A DNA stretch of 55,247 nucleotides from Candidatus Amesbacteria bacterium RIFCSPLOWO2_01_FULL_49_25 (GCA_001773725.1 MEXP01000027.1:1-55247); one strand, 5' to 3'; counted from the stretch's first letter, positions 8,652 through 16,682 are shown. Numbers and translations are program-made. The notes: generated by a model not told the origin, from the letters alone.

Positions 8652-8943
8652 TGACTCGGGACGCGCGTTGTTTTGCAGATTTTTCTAAGACGTCTAGATG
8701 TTGAAAAAGAAGATTTTTTTCTAGGATTGAAATAGTCAAGGCGGCGTCTTTGTAGTATACACTTTGATCCAATAGGTGTGCAATTAGACTGGAGTCAGGG
8801 GCCGATTGGGAGGCGAGGGCTTCAGCTTCATTTTTAAGTTCAACCGCGGGTGCTTCGGCTAATTGGGCAGCTTGATGTAGTAACTGTAGAGGGTTCGGGG
8901 TTTCGCTTTCTTGACTCCCGTTAGCTTTTGGTTCCACGGCCAT
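8638..8943 (-). CDS. hypothetical protein (101 aa)
   Basis: Open ORF with TGCTAAGAT 8 nt upstream of the ATG; no family recognised. Confidence 0.55.
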   Translation of the reverse strand: MAVEPKANGSQESETPNPLQLLHQAAQLAEAPAVELKNEAEALASQSAPDSSLIAHLLDQSVYYKDAALTISILEKNLLFQHLDVLEKSAKQRASRVITSD

Positions 8944-9000
8944 ATGAGGTTATCTTAGCAGAAAGGTTCGTGGATTGCAATATTATGGGCTATGGACGTC

Positions 9001-9387
9001 TTATTTGAGTTCAACTGTGGCGCTGGCGGCTGTGAGTTTGCCTTTAGCTTCTTCGGCGGCGGCCTTGTTGACGTTTTCGGTGACAACTGCTCCTGGTTTT
9101 TCGGAAAGATCCTTGGCTTCTTTCAGACCCAAATTGGGATTGATTTCGCGAAGGGCTTTGATGACTGCGATCTTATTGGTGCCGGCGTCTTTTAAGACGA
9201 CGGTAAATGAAGATTGCTCTTCGGCAGGTTCAGAGCCTGCGGATCCTCCGGCTGGTGCGGCGGCTACTGCTGCAACTGGGGCCGCACTGACACCAAACTT
9301 TTCTTCCAGAGCTTTGACGAGGTCGTTGAGTTCAAGGACGCTGAGCGCCCCGATGTTTTCGATGATCTTGGTGACTTTATCAGACAT
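9001..9387 (-). CDS. rplL: 50S ribosomal protein L7/L12
   Basis: [21 protein letters not shown]...[21 protein letters not shown]...LGLKEAKDL; strong SD AAGGAGGTGA. Confidence 0.97.
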   Translation of the reverse strand: MSDKVTKIIENIGALSVLELNDLVKALEEKFGVSAAPVAAVAAAPAGGSAGSEPAEEQSSFTVVLKDAGTNKIAVIKALREINPNLGLKEAKDLSEKPGAVVTENVNKAAAEEAKGKLTAASATVELK

Positions 9388-9886
9388 GGGTAAGACTCAC
9401 CTCCTTTAGGGTTCTGACTAATTTAGTAATGTTCCAGTTGAGGTTGTATGCCAGATTGAAGAGGGGAGAGTTGAGGGAGCCGACGAGTTTGGCGGCTAAA
9501 GTCGGTTTGTCGGGGATGCTTGAGAGCTGGGATACTTCGGCGGCCGAAAGTACCCGGTCGGCAAGAATTCCTGATTTGAAAGAAAGCCCCGCGGCGGCCG
9601 GATTTTTCTTGGCGAATTCGGCGATAGTTTTTAGGGGTGCGACCTCATCGGAAAGGGAAAAGACGAAGGCGTTTGTGCCTGAGAGATCTATTTTTTTGCC
9701 TAAGGCTATCTTGAAGAGAGTGTTTTTGGCGATGACCATTTGGCCGCCGGCTTTTTTGATTTGTTGACGGAGGAGCGTGGCTTGGGATACTTTGAGGCCC
9801 CTGTAATCGACGATAGCTACGGACTTAGCTTGGGAAAGAAGATTTTTGAGGGCGGCAACAACGGATGTTTTTTTAGGACTAATCAT
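9380..9886 (-). CDS. rplJ: 50S ribosomal protein L10
   Basis: [22 protein letters not shown]...[12 protein letters not shown]; directly precedes rplL. Confidence 0.95.
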   Translation of the reverse strand: MISPKKTSVVAALKNLLSQAKSVAIVDYRGLKVSQATLLRQQIKKAGGQMVIAKNTLFKIALGKKIDLSGTNAFVFSLSDEVAPLKTIAEFAKKNPAAAGLSFKSGILADRVLSAAEVSQLSSIPDKPTLAAKLVGSLNSPLFNLAYNLNWNITKLVRTLKEVSLTHV

Positions 9887-9955
9887 ACACCTCGGCGCGG
9901 CTTATGCTTCTGCTGGCTCAGCACGGGTTTACTGCGCGCTGTCTTTGGAGTAACC
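9887..9955 (-). ncRNA. L10 leader (rplJ autoregulatory cis-RNA)
   Basis: Minus strand CCAAAGAC-A-GCGCG...CGCGC-CGAGGUGU-AUG follows the Firmicutes-type L10 leader pattern (CCGAAGAC-x-stem...stem-CGAGG); GCGCG pairs with CGCGC. Confidence 0.7.
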
Positions 9956-9960
9956 GCGGA

Positions 9961-9969
9961 ATTATAGCA
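9961..9969 (-). promoter_or_regulatory. extended -10 promoter for rplJ-rplL
   Basis: TGCTATAAT (perfect TGnTATAAT) sits just upstream of the L10 leader. Confidence 0.7.
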
Positions 9970-9974
9970 TTTGG

Positions 9975-10406
9975 TTAGGAGGAAGGGAAGAGGGTGTCTT
10001 TAGCTTTGGTTAGAAGTTTTAATTTGTTAGTAACTCCCTGTCTATTTCTTTCTTGTGCTGTTGATAATTCTTCTTGAAGGGCATCGATATTGTGGGTTAA
10101 TAGTTTTGAGGCGATTTCTTTTTGTGGCTCATCTAATGAGCTGCCAGGTTCTGCAAGAGTGGACGATAGTTCTCTGTAAGTTCTGACCAGGGCCGAGGGA
10201 TATCCTTCTTGTGAACTTGACTCTTGCTCATTTCTGGCGATTCCTACTTGTTGGCAGAGAGCTTGGGCTGCTGGGGCACTTCCATGGCCCACTCTTTTTT
10301 CCCAATTCGCCGCCTCTTGGGAAAATTGAGAAGCAACGACGAGTTTAGACTTTCCTTCACTTGATAAAATCATGGTATCTTTTGGGGTTGGTGATCCGTC
10401 GGGCAT
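9975..10406 (-). CDS. hypothetical protein (143 aa) between rplA and rplJ
   Basis: Starts 2 nt after the rplA stop; helical and charged; no family recognised. Confidence 0.6.
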   Translation of the reverse strand: MPDGSPTPKDTMILSSEGKSKLVVASQFSQEAANWEKRVGHGSAPAAQALCQQVGIARNEQESSSQEGYPSALVRTYRELSSTLAEPGSSLDEPQKEIASKLLTHNIDALQEELSTAQERNRQGVTNKLKLLTKAKDTLFPSS

Positions 10407-10408
10407 AG

Positions 10409-11248
10409 TTAGATTTGGAGTTTAATGGCTGGGGACATGGTGGATTTTAGCACAACCTTTTGGATATGAGCAAGCGAGGAGAGGATGGCGGAGGCATTAT
10501 CTGTAAGCTGGGAATCGGAGAGTGAGAGTTTACCAATAATGGTGTGAATGACTGGGGCGGATTTCTCGGTTTTGAGAGTCAGACGATTGGCGGAGGAGAA
10601 CTTGGGGACTGCAGCCGAGGGGTCGTCCATCAAGGTGCCGTTTTTCGGGTTGGGCATGAGGCCTTTGGGTCCCAGGACTTTGGCGAGTTTGACAAGCTTG
10701 GACATTTGGGAGGGTTGGGCGAGCAGGACATCAAAGTTTATTTTGCCAGATTCGATTTCGGCAATAAGGCGATCATCGGCTACGGCTACCCTTAGAGATT
10801 TTCCTGAAGCGTGAGGGAGGGTAATTTCTCCTAGAGTTTTGGGCGACTCTTTGAGATTGATGTGCAGTTCGACGGTGGGATCGAAGCGGGTAAGTGAAAC
10901 CTGACGCAAGAGCTTGAGGGCATTGGCGGGGGAGTAGGTTTTGTGGGAGTCAATTTTGGCTTTGGCGACTGTGTATGCCTGGGATCTGATATGGGAGACT
11001 TTTGATTTTTTGGGGGGTGATCCGGCGGAAGCGGGAAGGGCCTGGGACCGTTTTTGGATTTCTTCGAGCTCGCGGAGGGATTCCTCGGAAGTGTCGACAA
11101 CGCGTTGTCCGCCTCCAAGGCCGGGAGCTTTGGCGGTTTTGCCTTGCAGACCGGCGCGCAGCTTTTTTTGCTCCAGTTGGCGCTGGTGTTTGGCTTTGAC
11201 TTCGGCTTCGTTTTCGGAGCCTAAAACTGAGATGCGCTTTTTACCCAT
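10409..11248 (-). CDS. rplA: 50S ribosomal protein L1 with long charged N-terminal extension
   Basis: FDPTVELHINL, TLPHASGK, FDVLLAQP, LGPKGLMPNPKNGT, KSTMSPAIK. Start is probably MGKKRIS at 11248. Confidence 0.92.
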   Translation of the reverse strand: MGKKRISVLGSENEAEVKAKHQRQLEQKKLRAGLQGKTAKAPGLGGGQRVVDTSEESLRELEEIQKRSQALPASAGSPPKKSKVSHIRSQAYTVAKAKIDSHKTYSPANALKLLRQVSLTRFDPTVELHINLKESPKTLGEITLPHASGKSLRVAVADDRLIAEIESGKINFDVLLAQPSQMSKLVKLAKVLGPKGLMPNPKNGTLMDDPSAAVPKFSSANRLTLKTEKSAPVIHTIIGKLSLSDSQLTDNASAILSSLAHIQKVVLKSTMSPAIKLQI

Positions 11249-11296
11249 AGTGACTTCGGGAAGATTATACAAGAAGAGGCAGGGGGAGGGAAGGGG

Positions 11297-12202
11297 TCAA
11301 GCCAGGGAATATGAGGTGGAGCGGCCGTGACCGTGGGGGATGACAAAATTTAGGGTGGAAAGTTTGGCCAGGTCTCGTGAGGCGGTGACTTGGGAGACGC
11401 GGAAGTGGGATTGGACCTTTTGATTGGTTATGGTGGACCCGGGGATTTCGATGAGGGAAAGGATGGACTTTTGGCGATCGGATAGTTGCCAGCCGGAGAG
11501 GGGGTGGTTTGAGGGTGCCGGTTGCGACAGACGGGAGAGAAGGGAATCCATTTGATTGACCAAGGCGGTGCAGTAAAATTCGAGCCAGAGGGTGATTTGG
11601 CCCAAGCGGGTGGCCGATTGGAGAACCTTGAGATAGTCGGTTTTGTGCTCGTTCCAATAGTTTTCCATGGCCAGAAGCCGATTGAGATCAAAGCCGGATT
11701 TGTAGAGGATAAGCAGGGATGCCAGGTAGGCCAAGCGGCTGGGATAAAAGTAGAGGTGCAGAATTGCAGATTGGATAGCGGGGTGAACCGGGCCGGTTTG
11801 AACGTAGCCCAAAAGAGAAGTGACTTCCTCTTCGTGGTGGAAACTGACCCCAAGGATATTGGCCAACTGTTTGAGATCGAGTGTAGTAGGGGACTTGGGG
11901 TTGGCGGTCCATTCATACCAGATGTGGTCTAATGCCCGGCGGTAATCGAGGGCTTTTTTTATGAAGGGAGTGGAGGTGCGATTGTCACCCGGGCCGAGAA
12001 GAATTTGTTCTATGGCTTGAGGAGAGAGGGGTTGATTGGAAAGCTGGGCCCAGCCGGAAAGATGAGAAAGCGTCGCCGACCAAACCAAGCGGTGATAATT
12101 TAAGGGGGAGAGGGGAACGAGGAGAATTTGGCTCTTGAGCTTGTCGATTTTTTTGAGGGAGATTTCCAGGGTAGGGGAGAGGTTGTACGAGAAAATTATC
12201 AT
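11297..12202 (-). CDS. Fic-like protein lacking the catalytic motif, with C-terminal winged HTH
   Basis: Fic-type scaffold (HPAIQSAILH...LILYKSG...YLKVL...WLEFY), but HPFxDGNGR is absent. C-terminus LSDRQKSIL...VQSHFRVSQVTASRDLAKL is a DeoR-like wHTH. Confidence 0.7.
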   Translation of the reverse strand: MIIFSYNLSPTLEISLKKIDKLKSQILLVPLSPLNYHRLVWSATLSHLSGWAQLSNQPLSPQAIEQILLGPGDNRTSTPFIKKALDYRRALDHIWYEWTANPKSPTTLDLKQLANILGVSFHHEEEVTSLLGYVQTGPVHPAIQSAILHLYFYPSRLAYLASLLILYKSGFDLNRLLAMENYWNEHKTDYLKVLQSATRLGQITLWLEFYCTALVNQMDSLLSRLSQPAPSNHPLSGWQLSDRQKSILSLIEIPGSTITNQKVQSHFRVSQVTASRDLAKLSTLNFVIPHGHGRSTSYSLA

Positions 12203-12209
12203 ATAGTTA

Positions 12210-12238
12210 TTCTTATCATTATCTTATCAGTGTGTCAA
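12210..12238 (-). promoter_or_regulatory. sigma70-like promoter of the Fic-like gene (leaderless)
   Basis: TTGACA (12238-12233), 17-bp spacer, TGA-TAAGAA (12215-12210), 7 nt to ATG 12202. Confidence 0.6.
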
Positions 12239-12311
12239 GAGACAATAAAATTCTAGATTTTGAAGCTAAATTAGATACTTAAGATAAGTAAATGACAAGA
12301 TTATCTTATCT
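12211..12311. repeat. repeated (T)CTTATC motif, candidate operator sites
   Basis: TCTTATC at 12211, 12222 and 12304. ATTATCTTATC is identical at 12218-12228 and 12300-12310. AGATAAG(12282-12288)-N16-CTTATCT(12305-12311) is an inverted pair. Confidence 0.55.
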
Positions 12312-12323
12312 GTAATCTGCAGG

Positions 12324-12352
12324 TTGACAGTTGATATCTAACTGACCATACT
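12324..12352 (+). promoter_or_regulatory. sigma70 promoter for tatA1 and the 842-aa gene
   Basis: TTGACA-17 bp-CATACT. The -35/spacer carries the near-palindrome CAGTTGATATCTAACTG. SD AAAGGAGGTGAT at 12367-12378. Confidence 0.7.
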
Positions 12353-12383
12353 GGAATAAGTTAATGAAAGGAGGTGATTGTGC

Positions 12384-12530
12384 ATGTTCCAAAATTTAGG
12401 TACTACTGAACTGTTGATTATCGCGGCGGTGCTTTTGGTTCTGTTTGGCGGAAAGAAGCTTCCCGAACTTTCTCGGGGAGTGGCTGACTCAATCCGCGAA
12501 TTCCGAAAAGCGACCAGAGAAGATGCCTAA
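12384..12530 (+). CDS. tatA: TatA/E-family protein, copy 1 (48 aa; not in ORF track)
   Basis: MFQNLGTTELLIIAAVLLVLFGGKKLPELSRGVADSIREFRKATREDA*: TM with polar E, FG hinge, amphipathic helix; perfect SD. Confidence 0.92.
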   Translation: MFQNLGTTELLIIAAVLLVLFGGKKLPELSRGVADSIREFRKATREDA

Positions 12531-12535
12531 GCGAT

Positions 12536-15064
12536 ATGACAGCGACTGTCCAGATCGCTATTGTAAAAAAAGCAATTTTGGCGTCGACAGTGATAACAGC
12601 TGCGGCCCTGGTATCCCCTTTGATTACCAGGGCTTCGGCTGGATCACCGCAAATTTGCGCTGCGGAGTCGAGCTGCAGTATCGGCGAATTTTTGTTTGAT
12701 GACGAATACACTCCAATAACGAGCGGAACTTGTACTATCACCAGCCGTTACCCCGACGGAAGTTTATTTTTGAATTCCCAAGCCATGACGGGTTCCTCTG
12801 ATGGCTGGTATGCTTATTCTTTTACCACGCCTTCGACAACCGGGTATTACCGAACACAAGTCTGCTGTACGGTGGGGACAGATTATTTGTGTGTGGATAA
12901 GGCTTTTGAGTCGTCCGAGAGTTCGGGATTGACTGCAAGCAGTATAGCCGCGGCTGTGTGGGGATACAGCAGTCGGACGATGACGGGGTTTGGCACTTTG
13001 GTATCTGACATATGGGGTTATTCTTCCAGATCGATGACTGGATTTGGGACACTAGCTCAGGACGTTTGGAATCACAATCCCCGAAAATTGACGGAGAGTG
13101 GAAGTAACCTTTCTGAGATAGAAAGAATTGTTAAAGAAAACCGGATAATGCTGGAAAGACTGGTAAATAAGCCAATCGTGCAAAATTTTATAGAAGAGGA
13201 TGGACCTGAGCTGTCGCAGATACTGCCTCAGTCCCGCACAACACTTGATGAATTGTATCTGGATACCCAGGTGGTGGCCAGCAAAATGGGGGTAGTGATG
13301 CTGTCCTGGGAAGATTTGACGGGAGAGGAAATAGAAGGGACACTGGGTGAGCTGCAAGCCACGGTGGGAAACGAGGAAGACAAGGCGGGGTCGGATTCGG
13401 TGATTGGTCAACTGGATTGGGTAGTGGATACCTGGGATTGGGAAATTGCTCGGACAGCCCGGGCGCAAGCGGTTGAATTGTCCCGGAGGCTGGTTGGAGC
13501 CGAACGGTCATTAAAGGGCGTAGGGGGCTTTAAGGCGGCTTACCAAGAGGCAAAGTCGGCGCTGGCTCAGGTTGAAGTATTGGAGAAGACGGTTGGTAGC
13601 GGGGAAGACGGGACAGAAGGCAAAACGGTTTATTCCCAGCTAGCGGAAGTTATAGATCTGGCACAAAAATGGGATCAGCACCAAGCCCGGGTGGATAAAC
13701 TGTTGACGGGATGGAATGTCCAAAAGGCCGTCGAATTACAGGGGGAGATCGAGATGGTAAAAAGTGACGTTCTGGCGGTTAACCGGGTTCCCAAGGGAAG
13801 TATCGCGATAAACGAAGCTTTTGGAGCCAACGAGGTCGATAAAAAGTTGAAGAATAAGCTGTTGGCCCTGCGGGGGCTGATTGATTTGAACCGGAGGTAC
13901 ATAGTTTCGGGAGCGGGGGACGGGATGGCTTACACGTGGCTGGAGGAAGGCAGTGTGATTTTTAAGTCGGTGGTGACAAACCCTTCAAAGATTATCGGGC
14001 AGGAAGTGGAAGTGAAATATTACTTGCCGCCGGAAGTGCGGGAAGAGGATATTTTAGACAAGGACGAGGGATTGGAAGTTAAGTATGACTCGGAGAAAGA
14101 TCAATACTACGTGGAAGGTAAATTTTTGCTTAAGGCTAGTGAAAGTCGCACGCTGGCGGTGCGGGTGGAGGATATTTGGGTGATAACAGACGAAGAAATT
14201 AACAGTTTGAAAAACCAGGCTGAAGAGTTGGCTAGACCTTTGGAGAAAACGGCGTTTTTTGCCCAGGGCGTGACTTTGAAAAGCGATATCGACGTGGCTT
14301 TGGACAAAATCACGGTTTTGATCAAAACGGCGATAACCCCGGAGCAGAAGATCCGATCTTATCGGGAGGCTCAGATTGAGATGGGCGGAGTAAAGATTAA
14401 GATGGAGAAACTGAAAGACTTGGTGGTTCAGGCTAGTGCCACCGGGGGCCTGTTGGGGTTTGTGGGCGGAGCCCAGGCATTGGCGGTGTGGGGACTGATC
14501 ATAATTTTACTGGCGGGTTTCGTGTTTTTGGCGGTATACATGAAGATGATATCCGGGCACGGGGTAAAGGTGAGAGTAGAGTCGGATGAGGACGATGAGG
14601 AGGAAAAGAGAGAGCCTGTAAAACAGCACCATCGCTCCGGCGGTCACGGGACGGGGTGGAGGATCGTAACTACGGCGATCGTGGCGGCGCTAATATCGGG
14701 GACGACGTCCGGAGTGGTGATGCGGCAAATGGTGCTGTCTCAGGTTGAGGCCAAGGTGGTGGAGGAGAAACCGGAGCAAAAGATCGTTGAGCAGGTTGAA
14801 CCTATATTGGAAACCGAAGTGATGGGGGAGAATACGGAGCAACCAGCTGTCGGCGGGCCGGATGTAGTCAGGATCGTGGTGGAAGAAGGGGGTTATGTTA
14901 ATTTCCGAGTCGGGCCGGGCTTGGGCGAAGAGGTAGTTGCTAAGTTATTGAAGGATGAGGAAGTGGTTAGGGTTTCGGAGAAGGGGGATTGGGTGGAGGT
15001 GGAGAGAGAAGACGGGACGGTCGGGTGGGTGGCGGCCAAGTTTGTAGTAGCTGGGTCAGAGTGA
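12536..15064 (+). CDS. large exported membrane-anchored protein with C-terminal SH3b domain
   Basis: Signal peptide ending RASA, Cys-containing beta domain, 18-aa Trp repeats, long helical region, TM pair, and C-terminal YVNFRVGPG...GDWVEV...GWVAAKFV (SH3b). Confidence 0.8.
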   Translation: MTATVQIAIVKKAILASTVITAAALVSPLITRASAGSPQICAAESSCSIGEFLFDDEYTPITSGTCTITSRYPDGSLFLNSQAMTGSSDGWYAYSFTTPSTTGYYRTQVCCTVGTDYLCVDKAFESSESSGLTASSIAAAVWGYSSRTMTGFGTLVSDIWGYSSRSMTGFGTLAQDVWNHNPRKLTESGSNLSEIERIVKENRIMLERLVNKPIVQNFIEEDGPELSQILPQSRTTLDELYLDTQVVASKMGVVMLSWEDLTGEEIEGTLGELQATVGNEEDKAGSDSVIGQLDWVVDTWDWEIARTARAQAVELSRRLVGAERSLKGVGGFKAAYQEAKSALAQVEVLEKTVGSGEDGTEGKTVYSQLAEVIDLAQKWDQHQARVDKLLTGWNVQKAVELQGEIEMVKSDVLAVNRVPKGSIAINEAFGANEVDKKLKNKLLALRGLIDLNRRYIVSGAGDGMAYTWLEEGSVIFKSVVTNPSKIIGQEVEVKYYLPPEVREEDILDKDEGLEVKYDSEKDQYYVEGKFLLKASESRTLAVRVEDIWVITDEEINSLKNQAEELARPLEKTAFFAQGVTLKSDIDVALDKITVLIKTAITPEQKIRSYREAQIEMGGVKIKMEKLKDLVVQASATGGLLGFVGGAQALAVWGLIIILLAGFVFLAVYMKMISGHGVKVRVESDEDDEEEKREPVKQHHRSGGHGTGWRIVTTAIVAALISGTTSGVVMRQMVLSQVEAKVVEEKPEQKIVEQVEPILETEVMGENTEQPAVGGPDVVRIVVEEGGYVNFRVGPGLGEEVVAKLLKDEEVVRVSEKGDWVEVEREDGTVGWVAAKFVVAGSE
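12929..13093 (+). repeat. three 18-aa (54-nt period) in-frame Trp repeats
   Basis: IAAAV-WGYSSRTMTGFGTLVSDI-WGYSSRSMTGFGTLAQDV-WNHNPRKLT; Trp codons at 12959, 13013 and 13067. Confidence 0.85.
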
Positions 15065-15466
15065 TCCTTGGAGGTAGCGGTTGTAGAGATAATGGATAAG
15101 GATGGCGGGCGGGAGGCCTAAGATAACCAGGTGCCGGTATTTGAGCCCCGGGAGAAGAATGATAATGCTGGTGAAAGCGTGGAGGGGGAGAGTGACGGCG
15201 AGGCGGAGAAAGTACTGGGCCATGTTGCCCCAGGCCAAAAAGTTGAAGAGATACAAAACGCTTTCGGAAAATCCAAACAGCAGTCCGGTAAGAGCGGCGA
15301 AGAGCAGTTTTGTCCTGACGGGGGCGGATGGCCAACCGATGTAGATGACGGCGGCTTTAACGAGTTCTTCGACTAGGAAGGGAAGGGGCAGGAGGAGTTC
15401 TAGCGGCCAAATGAGGAAGGGGGCGATCAGGGCCAAAAGCGGCGCGATGAGGCTACTTGTCGTCAT
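15056..15466 (-). CDS. PrsW-family intramembrane glutamic protease (minimal, 136 aa)
   Basis: VEELVK (EExxK), FGFSE (FxxxE), LRLAVTLPLH, IHYLYN (HxxxN); multi-TM. Confidence 0.8.
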   Translation of the reverse strand: MTTSSLIAPLLALIAPFLIWPLELLLPLPFLVEELVKAAVIYIGWPSAPVRTKLLFAALTGLLFGFSESVLYLFNFLAWGNMAQYFLRLAVTLPLHAFTSIIILLPGLKYRHLVILGLPPAILIHYLYNRYLQGSL

Positions 15467-15602
15467 TTTTCAGGCCCTTTTTGAGTTCCCTGACGGCCTC
15501 ACCGAAACCCTTGCCCAGTTCCGGGAGTTTCTTGCCGCCAAAAAGGACCAGCAAAATGACTAAGATGATGATTAATTCGGTAGTACCCAAATTTTGAAAC
15601 AT
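15453..15602 (-). CDS. tatA: TatA/E-family protein, copy 2 (49 aa; not in ORF track)
   Basis: MFQNLGTTELIIILVILLVLFGGKKLPELGKGFGEAVRELKKGLKNDDK*; SD GGGGGTGA; overlaps the PrsW-like start. Confidence 0.92.
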   Translation of the reverse strand: MFQNLGTTELIIILVILLVLFGGKKLPELGKGFGEAVRELKKGLKNDDK

Positions 15603-15619
15603 TAATGTTCACCCCCTTT

Positions 15620-15757
15620 TTATTTCGAAGCTTTTTTATATTCTTTTATAGCTTCGCCGATGCCCTTGATAAACTCGGGGATTTTTTTACCCCCGAAAAG
15701 AAAGATTAAAATGGCAATAATTATTATTAATTCGGTAGTACCGAGGTTCCGCAACAA
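15620..15757 (-). CDS. tatA: TatA/E-family protein, copy 3 (45 aa, TTG start; not in ORF track)
   Basis: MLRNLGTTELIIIIAILIFLFGGKKIPEFIKGIGEAIKEYKKASK*; SD AAAGGACGGTGA overlaps the tatC stop. Confidence 0.9.
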   Translation of the reverse strand: MLRNLGTTELIIIIAILIFLFGGKKIPEFIKGIGEAIKEYKKASK

Positions 15758-15762
15758 GATAA

Positions 15763-16506
15763 TCACCGTCCTTTCTTAATTAAGAATCGGTTTAATAGTA
15801 ACGTAAGTTCGAATAAAAAAACAAGGGGGACAACTAGAAGAATGTCGGACATAATATCGGTGGGCGGCAGAAGCATGACGAACATCAGGGAGACGGCGTA
15901 AGCTATGGGACGCTGGCGGGAGAGAACTTTGATGGTGATGACTTTGAGATGTATTAATATGCTCATCAAAATGGGGAATTGGAAGGCCAAACCCAAGGCC
16001 AGGCCGGTGAGGACAATTTTGGTGAGTAAGAGTTCGATGTCTAAGATATTGCCTATATGGAGCTCCAGAGATTTTTGGTAAAAGATGGCCACGACGTATT
16101 TCATGACGGTTATGCCATAGAGAAATCCGCAGACTAGGAGGAGAAGTGAGAGAGGGAGGGGGAGGGTCACCAGTTTGAGCTCTTTTTTGGACAAGGCCGG
16201 TTTTAGAAACGACACCACTTGATAGATGATGAAGGGAAAGATGGCAATCAGGCCTACAAACATGCCGGAGTTGATGGCCAGGGTGAAGAACTGGAAAGGC
16301 GACGTAAAGACGACGTTGATTCCCTCGAGGTTGAGAAAACCCAGGACAAAAGTGACAAGTTTTTCGTAGTAGAAGAAACCTATCGAGGCGGTGATAAGAA
16401 AGAGGGAGGCCAAAAAAAGGAGGCGCTTTCTGATCTCGAGCAGGAAGGGAAAGTATTTGTTGATGGTGGTTTGGAGTTCGGGGGTGAGGACAGCGGTGTC
16501 GGGCAT
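15763..16506 (-). CDS. tatC: twin-arginine translocase subunit TatC
   Basis: LLEIRKRLL, TSPFQFF, PFIIYQVVSFLKPALSKKE, GLAFQFP, PPTDIMS...PLVFLFE; six TMs. Confidence 0.93.
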   Translation of the reverse strand: MPDTAVLTPELQTTINKYFPFLLEIRKRLLFLASLFLITASIGFFYYEKLVTFVLGFLNLEGINVVFTSPFQFFTLAINSGMFVGLIAIFPFIIYQVVSFLKPALSKKELKLVTLPLPLSLLLLVCGFLYGITVMKYVVAIFYQKSLELHIGNILDIELLLTKIVLTGLALGLAFQFPILMSILIHLKVITIKVLSRQRPIAYAVSLMFVMLLPPTDIMSDILLVVPLVFLFELTLLLNRFLIKKGR

Positions 16507-16515
16507 GACTAGATG

Positions 16516-16677
16516 TTACTCTTTTTTCTTGAGAGTTTCACCCTCGGCGGCGCCTTTTTTGTACTCTTTGATCGCTTCGCCGATACCTCTTATGAACTCG
16601 GGGATTTTCTTACCGCCGAAAAACAGAAGCAAAAGTGCGAGAATGATGATGAGTTCGGTGGCGCCTAGGTTGAACAT
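16516..16677 (-). CDS. tatA: TatA/E-family protein, copy 4 (53 aa; not in ORF track)
   Basis: MFNLGATELIIILALLLLFFGGKKIPEFIRGIGEAIKEYKKGAAEGETLKKKE*. Confidence 0.92.
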   Translation of the reverse strand: MFNLGATELIIILALLLLFFGGKKIPEFIRGIGEAIKEYKKGAAEGETLKKKE

Positions 16678-16682
16678 AAGAT

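Noticed and set aside
12418-12741. ORF-track entries 12418-12741(-), 12445-12699(+), 15345-15563(+) and 16391-16720(+)
   Set aside because: These are shadow frames over the real short tatA genes and the 842-aa gene.
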